Shown here: one piece after another, positions 21,999 through 30,461 of the stretch
Numbering within the stretch: the first letter of the stretch is position 1
How the letters are laid out: each line of letters begins with the position of its first letter
Made by a program: the position numbers and the translations under genes
Origin: Chiloscyllium plagiosum
Lineage: Eukaryota
DNA: 30,461 bases
Direction: 5' to 3'
Assembly: GCF_004010195.1 (NCBI RefSeq)
Contig: NC_057719.1
Coordinates: 46,324,021 to 46,354,481, forward strand
Notes under the pieces: generated by a model
What the model was told of the DNA's origin: nothing
Databases searched by the model: none
Seen by the model: only the letters and a program-made list of their open reading frames with translations

Positions 21999-22524
21999 GA
22001 TACCAGTAGACGGGGTAACAGCCCTTGTCTATCACGTTGACTTCATAGAGGCCCCCGCGGACACAGACGGTGCGTACACTGTCCAGCCCCGAGTCCCTGG
22101 CCGCCAGCTTCAGGTAGTCGCGGTACATGAGCTCGATCCGCAGCGAGTCATATCCGATGAAGGGTTTCCAGGTCTTGCGGTCCTCCTTGTAAAACCAGCG
22201 GACCTCCTCGCAGCCCAGCTCGCCGACCACATCGTACCGGTGCCGGATGCTGCTGGCCCGGCTCCGCTTGCGGTCCACCGTGGTGTCGCTCTCGCTGAAG
22301 TCGGCCTCGTCGTTGTCCAGGTAAGGCAGCGACGCCTCCGACTCGGCCGTGAACAGGTCGAAGGTGTCCTCACTCAGCGAGCGGTACATCTCCAGGCCGA
22401 AGCGGCCCGACCGCCGGCGCCGGTGATGCTGAGGCGAGGCGCCCGGTGACGACCGAGTGGACGACGGCTTCTCGTCGCTCGGCACCGAAACGTGCGGCAG
22501 CGGCGGCGGCGGCGGAGGCTCCAT
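21999..22524 (-). CDS. DDHD1: DDHD1 (PA-preferring phospholipase A1) coding exon 1; 175 codons + 1 nt, phase-1 donor
   Basis: Translation contains RHRYDVVGELGCEEVRWFYKEDRKTWKPFIGYDSLRIEL and VCVRGGLYEVNVIDKGCYPVYW, closely matching recalled human DDHD1 (RHRYEVVTELGPEEVRWFYKEDKKTWKPFIGYDSLRIEL...VCVRGGLYEVDVTQGECYPVYW). The ATG is in strong Kozak context (AGCATGG) with an in-frame upstream TGA at 22545-22543. A canonical donor TATC|GTGAGT starts at 21998. Confidence 0.95.
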
Positions 22525-22675
22525 GCTGAGCCCCAGGCTCCTTCACCCCCCAACCCCCGCCTCCTGCTCCGTGCTGCTCTATCACCGGCCCGGCCCTCTC
22601 CCCACAGCCCCCGATCTGCACAAACTGCTGCTGTTACTCCGACTCCGCCTTCCAGCCGCTCATAGGGCACTCCAG

Positions 22676-22965
22676 CGGGGGGAGGGAGAGGGAGAGGGAG
22701 GGGTCCGGGCCTGGGGCGGGGTGTCCGGGCTCGGGCGGGGCCTGGGGCGGGGTGCCCGGCCTTTACTCCCTCCCTCCGCCTGCTAGTTTCCTCACGGCCG
22801 GTAGGTACTTCCTCTCTCCTGGGTTCTCGGGCACACACACGGGCTATCTGGCCTTCCCCGTGCCTCCATCCCCTCCCCCCTGCTCCCTTACCCCCGGCCC
22901 CCGGCCTGGCCGAGCTCGGGGACCCGCCAAAGTCGGCGTCACAACGCGCTGCGTGTCAGCGCAAG
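22676..22965 (-). promoter_or_regulatory. TATA-less GC-box promoter region of DDHD1
   Basis: Three GGGCGGGG Sp/KLF boxes near 22713, 22733 and 22744. A TGACG half-CRE (minus strand, ~22936-22941) and a GCGCTGCG NRF1-like motif (~22946). The TSS cannot be determined from sequence. Confidence 0.65.
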
Positions 22966-23269
22966 GAGACCCCCCACGGTTTTCAGGGGAACAATTAAAG
23001 TTGAATCTGCACTATCTTCAAACTATTTCCAATCCATGTTCATTATAATGATGAATCTGTGGGGCAATGATGTTGTTGTTTTACCTTATGGCTAAATTCC
23101 TTTGCAGTATGTAATGGAAATGTTGATTTCATTCAAACTTGGAGGTTATTTGGAAAAAGTTATAATGATTGGAAAACTTTCATTTATTGTGCAGAAATTA
23201 GTTGCTTGAAATGACAGAAGTTGATAGAATCAATAGCCTCTGGTAGGGAAATCAGAATGGCAGATCCTT

Positions 23270-23601
23270 TAGGTTTGCCAACCCTTGAGGACTGGGCTGG
23301 ACTCTCCAGGAACTGGAGATTGATTTCCAGGACAAACCTGAACAAAAATCATAGTGATTTTCAAAAAGCGTTTGATTTATTGTCATCTCTGAACATTTAT
23401 CTTTACTAGGCATAAAAAATATTAAAAATCAGAAGGAAAGCAGGCTGTTTGATGACATTCGAGCATCATCCCATTGGGTCATGAGTTTGCCTTAGGAAGG
23501 CAGTGTACCATGAGGCTGGATAAGTTGGCTCACTAATGGCTGGAGAGCTGGTGGGTGCAAGCCACGGAGCAGCCTCCAGGAATGCACACTTGGAGACACT
23601 G
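23270..23601. mobile_element. Old hAT-like MITE (TAGGGTTGCCAAC-type terminus)
   Basis: Begins taggtttgccaaccc. Subterminal tccagga repeats near both ends. Ends ttggagacactg (degenerate TIR). Confidence 0.55.
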
Positions 23602-23690
23602 GTACAGTATTAACACTGCAGCCAGACCAGTTTGGAGTAAATCCAGTCAGCACTTCCTCTGACAAAGGTTAGTTGGAAATGGGGAAAATT

Positions 23691-23761
23691 ACCCAACACA
23701 CACACCCAACACACCCAACACACACACACACCCAACACACACACTCCCTCCCATACACACA
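23691..23761 (+). repeat. Interrupted (CA)n microsatellite with CCCAA spacers
   Basis: acccaacacacacacccaacacacccaacacacacacacacccaacacacacac. Confidence 0.9.
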
Positions 23762-24228
23762 GCTTGATGACATTCTATGCATGTTTTGCAAGCTGGCCAA
23801 AAGTAGTAGCTGCTTTATGCATGTACCAAGTTCTGCATCAAATGTCAGATGATGGTTTGTCACTGTGATACCAAGGTAGCATAACTTGATAAGCACTTGC
23901 AGCTTAACATGATCAGGAGCAGAGATGCAACATCTTGTCATATTACCATTTTTAAAAACATTTATAATTGGGAAGAACAAGTTACAGGCATGGAAAAGAC
24001 AATCCATAAGTCTTAGTGGCTGAGTTTCTGTTGGGCAACTAGTACTTCACCATTTAGTGTAGAGGATTTCTCTGATCAGGATGTGATGTGTTTTTGGTTT
24101 GGTTTCAATTTTTGGATTGTAGAGCTTGCCATATGTGCAAGTAGACTCCACAGCTACAGAGAAGGCAAAGGTCAGGATCATGGAAAAGAAGATAGCAAAC
24201 AGAGTAGGGGCTATGACACATAGGCTCA
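23762..24228 (-). mobile_element. RTE-clade LINE RT fragment (inverted segment)
   Basis: Minus-strand ORFs CVIAPTLFAIFFSMILTFAF...GKLYN...ILIREILY and CYLGITVTNHHLTFDAEL match the RTE/BovB RT motifs GCVLAPTLF, IRELLFADD and FTYLGS. Confidence 0.8.
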
Positions 24229-24393
24229 GGCATGCCCACAAAATGCTTCATGTATGTTGAGAAAATCTGAGCCAGATGACCTGTGGTATGCACAGAGTGT
24301 CATTTCAAGGATGCCTCTGTGTGTGACATGAAGGTCCTAATCATCCCACCTTGAAGTTACTTGCTAATGAGAGGGAAATGGTGATGTAGCATG

Positions 24394-25230
24394 TATAGGA
24401 AGGATGTTGGGAAACTTGAAAGGGGTCAGAAAAGATTTACAAGGATGTTGCCAGGGTTGGAGTCTTTGAGCTATAGGGAGAGGCTGAATTGGCTGGGGCT
24501 GTTTTCCCTGGAGCGTCAGAGGCTGAGGGGTGACCTTATAGAGGTTTAAAACATCATGAGGGTTATGGATTGGGTAAATAGACAAGGTATTTTCCCTGCG
24601 TTGGGGGAATGTAAAAATAGAAGACATAGGTTTAGGGTGAGAGGGGAAAGATTTAAAAGGGACTAAGGGGCAAATTTTTCGCACAGAGGGTGATGCGTGT
24701 ATGGAGTGAACTGCCAGAGGAAGTGATGGAGGCTGGTATAATTACAACATTTAAACAGCACCTGGGTGGGTATATGAATAGGAAGGGTTTTAGAGGGATA
24801 TGATTAGATTAGATTAGATTACAGTGTGGAAACAGGCCCTTCGGCCCAACAAGTCCACACCGACCCGCCGAAGCGCAACCCACCCATACCCCTACATTTA
24901 CCCCTTACCTAACACTACGGGCAATTTAGCATGGCCAATTCACCTGACCTGCACATCTTTTTGGATTGTGGGAGGAAACCGGAGCACCCGGAGGAAACCC
25001 ACGCAGACACGGGGAGAATGTGCAAACTCCACACAGTAAGTCGCCTGAGGCGGGAATTGAACCCGGGTCTCCGGCGCTGTGAGGCAGCAGTGCTAACCAC
25101 TGTGCCACCGTGCCGCCCATTATGGTCCAAGTGCTGGCAAATGGGACTAGATTAATTTAAGATATCTGGTTGGCATGGGTGAGTTGGACCGAAGGGTCTG
25201 TTTCTGTGCTGCACAGCTCTATGACTGTAT
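24394..25230 (+). mobile_element. HER1-type CR1 3' fragment, split by an HE1 SINE
   Basis: tataggaaggatgttgggaaacttgaaaggggtcagaaaagatttacaagg... to gagggatatg, resuming with tatggtccaagtgctggcaaatgggactag...ctctatgactgtat. Confidence 0.95.
24803..25118 (-). mobile_element. Young full-length HE1 SINE with (TCTAA)n tail
   Basis: Complete head GGGCGGCACGGTGGCACAGTGGTTAGC (A box), GGGTTCAATTCCC (B box), V-domain, CR1-derived tail and many intact CpGs. Confidence 0.97.
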
Positions 25231-25809
25231 GTCGGCTGCTGATTATAAATGGATTATGATGACTGGGAGCTTCAGCAGCTTGGAACATGTGACAATGTGG
25301 AAACAATCCACAATAACATTTGGAAGCTTCATGTGTGACACTAGTGACAGAACCTGACTTTTGAGGCTTGACATCTTTAGCCATCAGCAAAGGTGCACTA
25401 TTTGAAGATATTGTACCCCATCTGAAACAGATTGTTTGCTACGTGTCCATCTTTTATAAATGGAGGAGTACTGAAGACAACAGTAATAGGAATTTTTTGA
25501 ATTTTTGTTGAAATGAATTAAACCTCAACCATTAATAGCTGTTCAGTATTTCTCTTAAAGTCTTCATATATTACCCAACATGATTTATCAATAACCTATT
25601 TGACTAAGGGGAGGCCCAGTATTTTACAATGACCAAATAAATCAAATTTCATTTTTACTATGCAGTATTTCAGACGTTTCATTTTTTAAAAATTGACAAA
25701 CTGGAATCCATTTATAATTAGCCCATTGGTTTACGGCAGGAATATAAAGTTCACTGATTTTATATAAAGCTGAATAAAATTCTTAATTATGAATTTCTTA
25801 ATTCATAAG

Positions 25810-25935
25810 AATGTGGATAAGGAAGGTATTTTCAGAATGGCAACCTTTAACTAGAGGAGTGCCATAGGGATCAGTACTGGGGCCACAGTTGTTTAATGAC
25901 TTGGATGAGGAAAGTGACTGTTATAGCCAAGTTTT
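25810..25935 (+). mobile_element. CR1 RT fragment
   Basis: Encodes FSEWQPLTRGVP*GSVLGPQLF followed by NDLDE. Confidence 0.8.
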
Positions 25936-26057
25936 CATAATTTCAGTAGATTCTTTTTATTTATAATCTCATCAACTCTTAGTTAGAGTTTCATGCTAGT
26001 TTAGATAGAGTTCCATTTCTTTCCCAACTATGCTGTACGTATTTTTGCAGTATATTC

Positions 26058-27235
26058 AACAATTTGTATTTATATTGTTAATGCCTCTAATTTAGCAAAA
26101 ATATTCCACAGTGCTTCATGGGGCATTGCTAAAAATAAAAATAAAAATATTTGAAACTGTAGGAAAATAGTAGCAATGTTTCAGGTCTTTGTCCTTCCCT
26201 TAGGATTTAAAACAAAATGAGCTGAAGGAGGAGATATTAGGGGGTGACCAAAGGTTTGGTCAAAAAGCTAGATGTTGGAATAAGGCAGGTGGGATTTACA
26301 GGAGATTCTAGTACATGAATTTAGGCAGCTGCAGAGATAGTAGCGATTGGTAATGGACAGAATCTGCTCAGTGCTTATGAAAGCCTGATCAGAAGAATTG
26401 AGAAGGAGGGGAAGGATTAGAGTCATAGAGTCATAGAGATGTACAGCATGGAAACAGACCCTTCGGTCCAATCCGTCCATGCCGACCAGATATCCCAACC
26501 CAATCTAGTCCCACCAGCCAGCAACCGGCCCATATCCTTCCAAGCCTTTCCTATTTATATACCCATCCAAATGCCTCTTAAATGTTGCAATTGTACCAGC
26601 CTCCACCACTTCCTCTGGCAGCTCATTCCATACACTACCACCCTCTGTGGAAAAAGTTGCCCCTTAGGTCTCTTTTATATCTTTCCCCTCTCACCCTAAA
26701 CCTATGCCCTCTAGTTCTGGACTCCCTGACCCCAGGGAAAAGACTTTGTCTATTTACTCTATCCATGCCCCTCATAATTTTGTAAACCTCTATAAGGTCA
26801 CCCCTCAGCCTCCGACGCTCCAGGGAAAACAGCCCCAGCCTGTTCAGCCTCTCCCTATAGCTCAGATCCTCCAACCCTGGCAACATTCTTGTAAATCTTT
26901 TCTGAACCCTTTCAAGTTTCACAACAGCTTTCCGATAGGAAGGAGACCAGAATTGCATGCAATATTCCAACAGTGGCCTAACCAATGTCCTGTACAGCCG
27001 CAACATGACCTCCCAACTCCTGTACTCAACACTCTGACATTTGAAAGAACATTTAGACTTTGGCTCCTTAGTTCAACACCTAAACTGTAAATGTAGATCA
27101 GCAGGGACAGAGGTGATGGATAAAGAAAACATAGAATGTGGGCAAACAGAGTTTTGGAGGAGTAGAAGCCTAAGGGTTGGAACATAGGGGCATATGTGAT
27201 AGAGTTTGAAAGCAAAGGTATAAATCATGTGGAAA
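26058..27235 (-). mobile_element. Old L2-clade LINE 3' fragment (26058-26417 and ~27045-27235), split by a CR1 insertion
   Basis: aacaatttgtatttatat..gcct...cacagtgcttca, aggagatattagggggtgaccaaaggtttggtcaaa and atgtagatcagcagggacagaggtgatgg...cagagttttgga resemble the recalled antisense of a shark L2 3' end. Confidence 0.6.
26418..27038 (-). mobile_element. Young HER1-type CR1 3' fragment
   Basis: The 123-aa ORF RTLVRPLLEYCMQFWSPSYRK...LFSLERRRLRGDLIEVYKIMRG. (ctctatga)n tail. Confidence 0.97.
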
Positions 27236-27419
27236 GAGCACAAACAAGTTTAAGTTTGTTCTCTTCATCTCTTTAACACAAGCTATTTGAATCTTCACTT
27301 AGATGTGAGCAAACATGGCATAAGAAATAGTAATAATCATGAGATTATGAATAAAAAGAACCTACTGAAATTATGAAAACTTGGCTGTAGTACTGTCACA
27401 TGCTATGAATGCTACTAAT

Positions 27420-27527
27420 ATGAAATAAAAACAGTAAATGGAGTAGGAGCTCAGCAGGTCTGGCAGCATCTGTTGATTGAGAAACAGAGATAATGTTTCA
27501 AGTCTGATACGACTTCCTTAGAACTGA
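27420..27527 (-). mobile_element. Penelope-like terminal-repeat fragment (single arm)
   Basis: aaataaaaacag...ctcagcaggtctggcagcatctg...gaaacagagataatgtttcaagtc matches the left arm of 29068-29146. Confidence 0.6.
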
Positions 27528-27579
27528 AAAGTAAATTTTTTATGCTGTTGGCAGAGAAGGAGTAGGAAAAAGGTTTATT

Positions 27580-27742
27580 AGGCTGATCCCAGGTATGGAA
27601 GTACTGGCTTATGAGGAGAGATTGAGTATGTTGAGCCTGCACTTACTGGAGTTTAGAAGAATAAGAGGCGACCTTATTGAAGAACACAAAATTCTTAGCG
27701 AGCTTGATAGAGTAGATGTAGAAGGTTTTTATTTCACTTGAG
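27580..27742 (+). mobile_element. CR1 C-terminal fragment
   Basis: ggcttatgaggagagattgagt...ggagtttagaagaataagaggcgaccttattgaa, same subfamily as 5281-5732. Confidence 0.8.
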
Positions 27743-27759
27743 GCATTTTGCTGTGAACT

Positions 27760-28437
27760 AGTCATAGAGATGGACAGCAGAGAAACAGACCCTTCAGTCC
27801 AACTAGTCCATGCCGACCAGATATTGTAAATTAATCGAGTCCCATTGCCAGCATTTGGCCTATATCCCTCTAAACCCTTCCTAATCATATTCCTTTTAAA
27901 TGCTGTAATTGTACCAGTTTCCACCACTTCTCTGGCACCTCATACCATACATGCACCACCCTCTGCATGTAAAGGTTGCCCCTTGGGTACCTTTTAAATC
28001 TTGCCCCTGTCACACTAAACCTATGCCCTCTAGTTCTGGACTCCCCCATACAGGGAAAAGACCTTGTCTATTTACCCTACCCATGTCCCTTTTAAATTTA
28101 TAAACCTCTATAAGGTCACCCCTCAGCCTCTGATGCTCCAAGGAAAACAGCCCCAGCCTGTTCAGCCTCTCCCTGTAGCTCAAATCCTCCAACCCTGGCC
28201 ACATCCTTGTAAATCTTTTCTGAACCCTTTCAAGTTTCACAACATCCTTCCTATAGGAGGAAGACCAGAACTGCACACAATATTCTACCTATGTCCTGTA
28301 CAGCTGCAAGATGACTGCCTAACTCCTGTACTCAATGCTCTGACCAATAAAGGAAAGCATACCAAACACCTTGTTCACGATCCTATCTACTTGTGACACC
28401 ACTTTCAAGGAACTATGAACCTGCACTCCAAGGTCTT
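27760..28437 (-). mobile_element. HER1-type CR1 3' fragment
   Basis: ORF 28010-28276 (QFWSSSYRKDVVKLERVQKRFTRM...RLRGDLIEVYK). Tail gtcatagagatggacagcagagaaacagacccttc. Confidence 0.95.
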
Positions 28438-28892
28438 ATTTCTAAGATTTACATTTAAAACAACAATTTGGGGAATGCCCTTTGGTCTTTCTCAGTAATG
28501 GCCAGAGTAAAAAGGGGAAGAAGTAACTCAAATCATACCTTGATGTTTCAGGCTGAAGAGAAGAAAGTCAATAATAATTTAAATTCACCTACATTCCCTA
28601 TTTATTAGCTACATCTGTCAACAGATCAACATGGCAACATCTAAAGGTGTCTTGCATGAAAATACGTTTGGATGAAATAAGGTGAATATTTAGCATTGTG
28701 CATAGCATTCACCTCTTTTGCTAGTACAGTGAGTTTACAGCGAAAAACAGAAAATAGCAATTGATGTGCTACCATGCTTTCACACTTATCTCAGTAAGTG
28801 TAGGCAGCAGAGCAAATTTCTTAGTTGTCACATTTTAGTTCAGATTTAAACTGAGGCTGCAGTGATATTCTTTATTAAAATTATAATAAATG

Positions 28893-29005
28893 GATGCAGG
28901 AATAGGTCAGAAAATGCACTGAGTCTGTCATGCCATTCAATAAGGTCATGACTGATCTGACTGTGGCCTAATTCAATTTTCCTGCCTGTCCCTGTAACAC
29001 TTGTA
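28893..29005 (-). mobile_element. Decayed CR1 tail remnant
   Basis: gcaggaatagg...gccattcaataaggtcatgactgatctg...tttcctgcctgtccc. Confidence 0.6.
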
Positions 29006-29040
29006 GATCAAACCTTTAACACCATTGCGTTCACCCGTAT

Positions 29041-29242
29041 AAAAGTACTGTGAATGCTGGAGATCTGAAATGAAAACAGGAAGTGCTACAGAATCTCAAC
29101 AGGTTGGGCAGCATCTGCAGAGAAAGAAACAGAGTTAACATTTTGAAGAAGAAACAGACTGGACTCAAAATGCTAACTCTTTTTATTGCCCCCAGATGTG
29201 ACCAGATCTGCTAAGTTTCTCCAGTATTTTCTGTTTCTATTT
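29041..29242. mobile_element. Palindromic Penelope-like-derived element (imperfect inverted repeat)
   Basis: Arms 29068-29146 and 29165-29242 are inverted copies. The inner agagttaacattttga / tcaaaatgctaactct pair at 15/16. Confidence 0.7.
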
Positions 29243-29369
29243 GTGTTCAGTCATGATGTTCTGTCTGTATTCTTTTTGCCTTCCATTAAAATATGAGAAC
29301 ATTATTTTCTACAGAATATCTTACAGTCAAACCAAATATGAAAAGGTTTAAAAAACGTATACAGAATCA

Positions 29370-29477
29370 ACGGGAAAGAGCAGGGGAGTAGAGTTAATTG
29401 GATACCTCCTTCAAAGACCTGGCACAAATATGTTGGGCCTACAGTCTCTTTCTCTGTTGTCTGTTTCTATGATTCTT
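29370..29477 (+). mobile_element. Old CR1 tail remnant
   Basis: gggaaagagcaggggagt...ttggatacctccttcaaagacctggcaca...tgttgggcc...ttctatgattct. Confidence 0.6.
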
Positions 29478-29723
29478 TGGTTATTTTTAATGATTGTTTA
29501 AAAGCAATTAATTTCTTCTACTCAGTTACCATTGGGAATCTTTCATTTTAGCTCCAAATATAATGAAGCATATTTTGCTAAACATAAATAGGTAAAAATT
29601 GAGGGAAATTCTCTACTGGCTGGTGATTCTTTGCAAGAAGGGAAATGGTTGTCTTCGTGGAGGCCAATCTTATTAGCCGCATTCTGTCACTATGAAAGTT
29701 CTTCAAACCAGTGTCTTAGGCCT

Positions 29724-30046
29724 CACGGTGGCACAGTGGTTAGCACTGCTGCCTCACAGCACCAGAGACCCGGGTTCAATTCCCACCTCAGGTGACTGAC
29801 TGTGTGGAGTTTGCACATTCTCCCCGTGTCTGCGTGGGTTTCCTCCGGGTGCTCCGGTTTCCTCCCACAGTCCAAAGATGTGCAGGTCAGGTGAATTGGC
29901 CATGCTAAATTGTCCGTAGTGTTAGGTAAGGGGTAAATGTGGGGGTATGGGTGGTTTGCGCTTCGGCGGGTTGGTGTGGACTTGTTGGGCCAAAGGGCCT
30001 GTTTCCACACTGTAAAGTAATCTAAAAAAAAATCTAATCTAATCTA
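29724..30046 (+). mobile_element. Young HE1 SINE (first few nt missing), (TCTAA)n tail
   Basis: Nearly identical to the reverse complement of 24803-25118, with A and B boxes, V-domain and tail. Confidence 0.97.
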
Positions 30047-30278
30047 GTCTATCTTCAACTGTTCATTAATGTGGGACTGTTTGCTGATGGTTAAACCTGT
30101 TCAGTACCATTCACAACTTTGCATTGGCTGAAGCAGTTGATGTCTGCAACAGCAGAACACTCACAATATTTTAATTTGCTTAATAATTGCAAGTAAAATT
30201 TGTCCCTCATAAGCAACAGGCAATACACATTTCCAATAGTAGAAAGCTTAACATCTCTCTTTAATGTTCAACCATGCT

Positions 30279-30461
30279 CTTTTTTATATTTCAAAAATAT
30301 ACTTTATTCATAAAATACTTTGATGATCTGTACAACTGGACATGCCATACATATGTAAACATTCCATTTGTTTGCATACCGAAAACAGAGTAATCATTCC
30401 TATTTACAGGTCTGTACGATTACATTTTTAGCTGAGGCGTCAGCAGAGCCCAAATGACTGC
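30279..30461 (-). mobile_element. 3' end of a poly(A)-type LINE (L1/Tx1-like), running off the window
   Basis: Reverse complement ends ...ttttatgAATAAAgtatatttttgaaatataaaaaa (poly(A) signal plus A-rich tail) and resembles a recalled shark L1/Tx1 3'UTR. Confidence 0.55.

Larger units (their letters stand above)
21995..22980. promoter_or_regulatory. CpG island spanning DDHD1 exon 1, 5'UTR and promoter
   Basis: Abrupt switch to very GC- and CpG-rich sequence in an otherwise AT-rich, CpG-depleted window. Confidence 0.92.
24229..25480 (+). mobile_element. RTE-clade LINE 3' portion (24229-24393 and 25231-25480), split by a CR1 insertion
   Basis: Plus strand gives ...MYVE...HFKDASVCDMK (compare LLYGE...RFKDxxKRDMK) and, after the CR1, FMCDTSDRT*LLRLDIFSHQQRC (compare the RTE C-terminal CxxCxRxCxSRIGLxSHxRxC). 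Confidence 0.65.

Noticed and set aside
21988..22449. 153-aa plus-strand ORF and other ORFs overlapping the CpG island (22110-23048)
   Set aside because: Antisense or alternate-frame shadows of GC-rich DDHD1 exon 1 and promoter. Low complexity, mostly non-ATG starts, no recognisable domain.
25040..25118. tRNA gene (also the heads at ~10037, ~29724 and ~2588)
   Set aside because: These are tRNA-derived SINE heads that continue into the V-domain and LINE tail, not stand-alone tRNAs.
24824..25155. Recurrent similar short ORFs (MWKQAL..., CGRKPEHPEETH...) suggesting a gene family
   Set aside because: They are translations of HE1 SINE copies.
25787..25808. 9-bp AT-rich hairpin ttatgaatt-tctt-aattcataa
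   Set aside because: Short and AT-only apart from one pair; expected by chance in AT-rich DNA.
1..30461. CRISPR array, operon or other prokaryotic/viral system
   Set aside because: No regularly spaced repeat-spacer array and no gene-dense region; the window is vertebrate intron/intergenic DNA.

Overview
Vertebrate nuclear DNA, almost certainly from a shark (elasmobranch), judged from HE1-type SINEs and HER1/CR1 LINEs. One host gene is visible: the first coding exon of DDHD1 (phosphatidic-acid-preferring phospholipase A1) on the minus strand at 22524-21999, inside a CpG island with a GC-box promoter. Positions 1-21998 appear to be intron 1 (no exon 2 seen) and ~23000-30461 is upstream intergenic DNA. 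The rest is mostly layered, dead transposon debris: CR1 LINE fragments of several ages, five HE1 V-SINEs, a Deu-domain SINE, L2, RTE and probable L1/Tx1 fragments, Tc1/mariner- and hAT-type MITEs, and Penelope-like hairpins with decayed hammerhead-ribozyme motifs. The best observations are a 5'-inverted RTE carrying nested CR1 and SINE insertions, a clean TA-flanked MITE, an A-B-A-B microhomology duplication, hammerhead remnants and candidate uORFs. I see no convincing novel multi-gene system. Repeat family names come from recalled consensus sequences, not database searches, and repeat boundaries are approximate.
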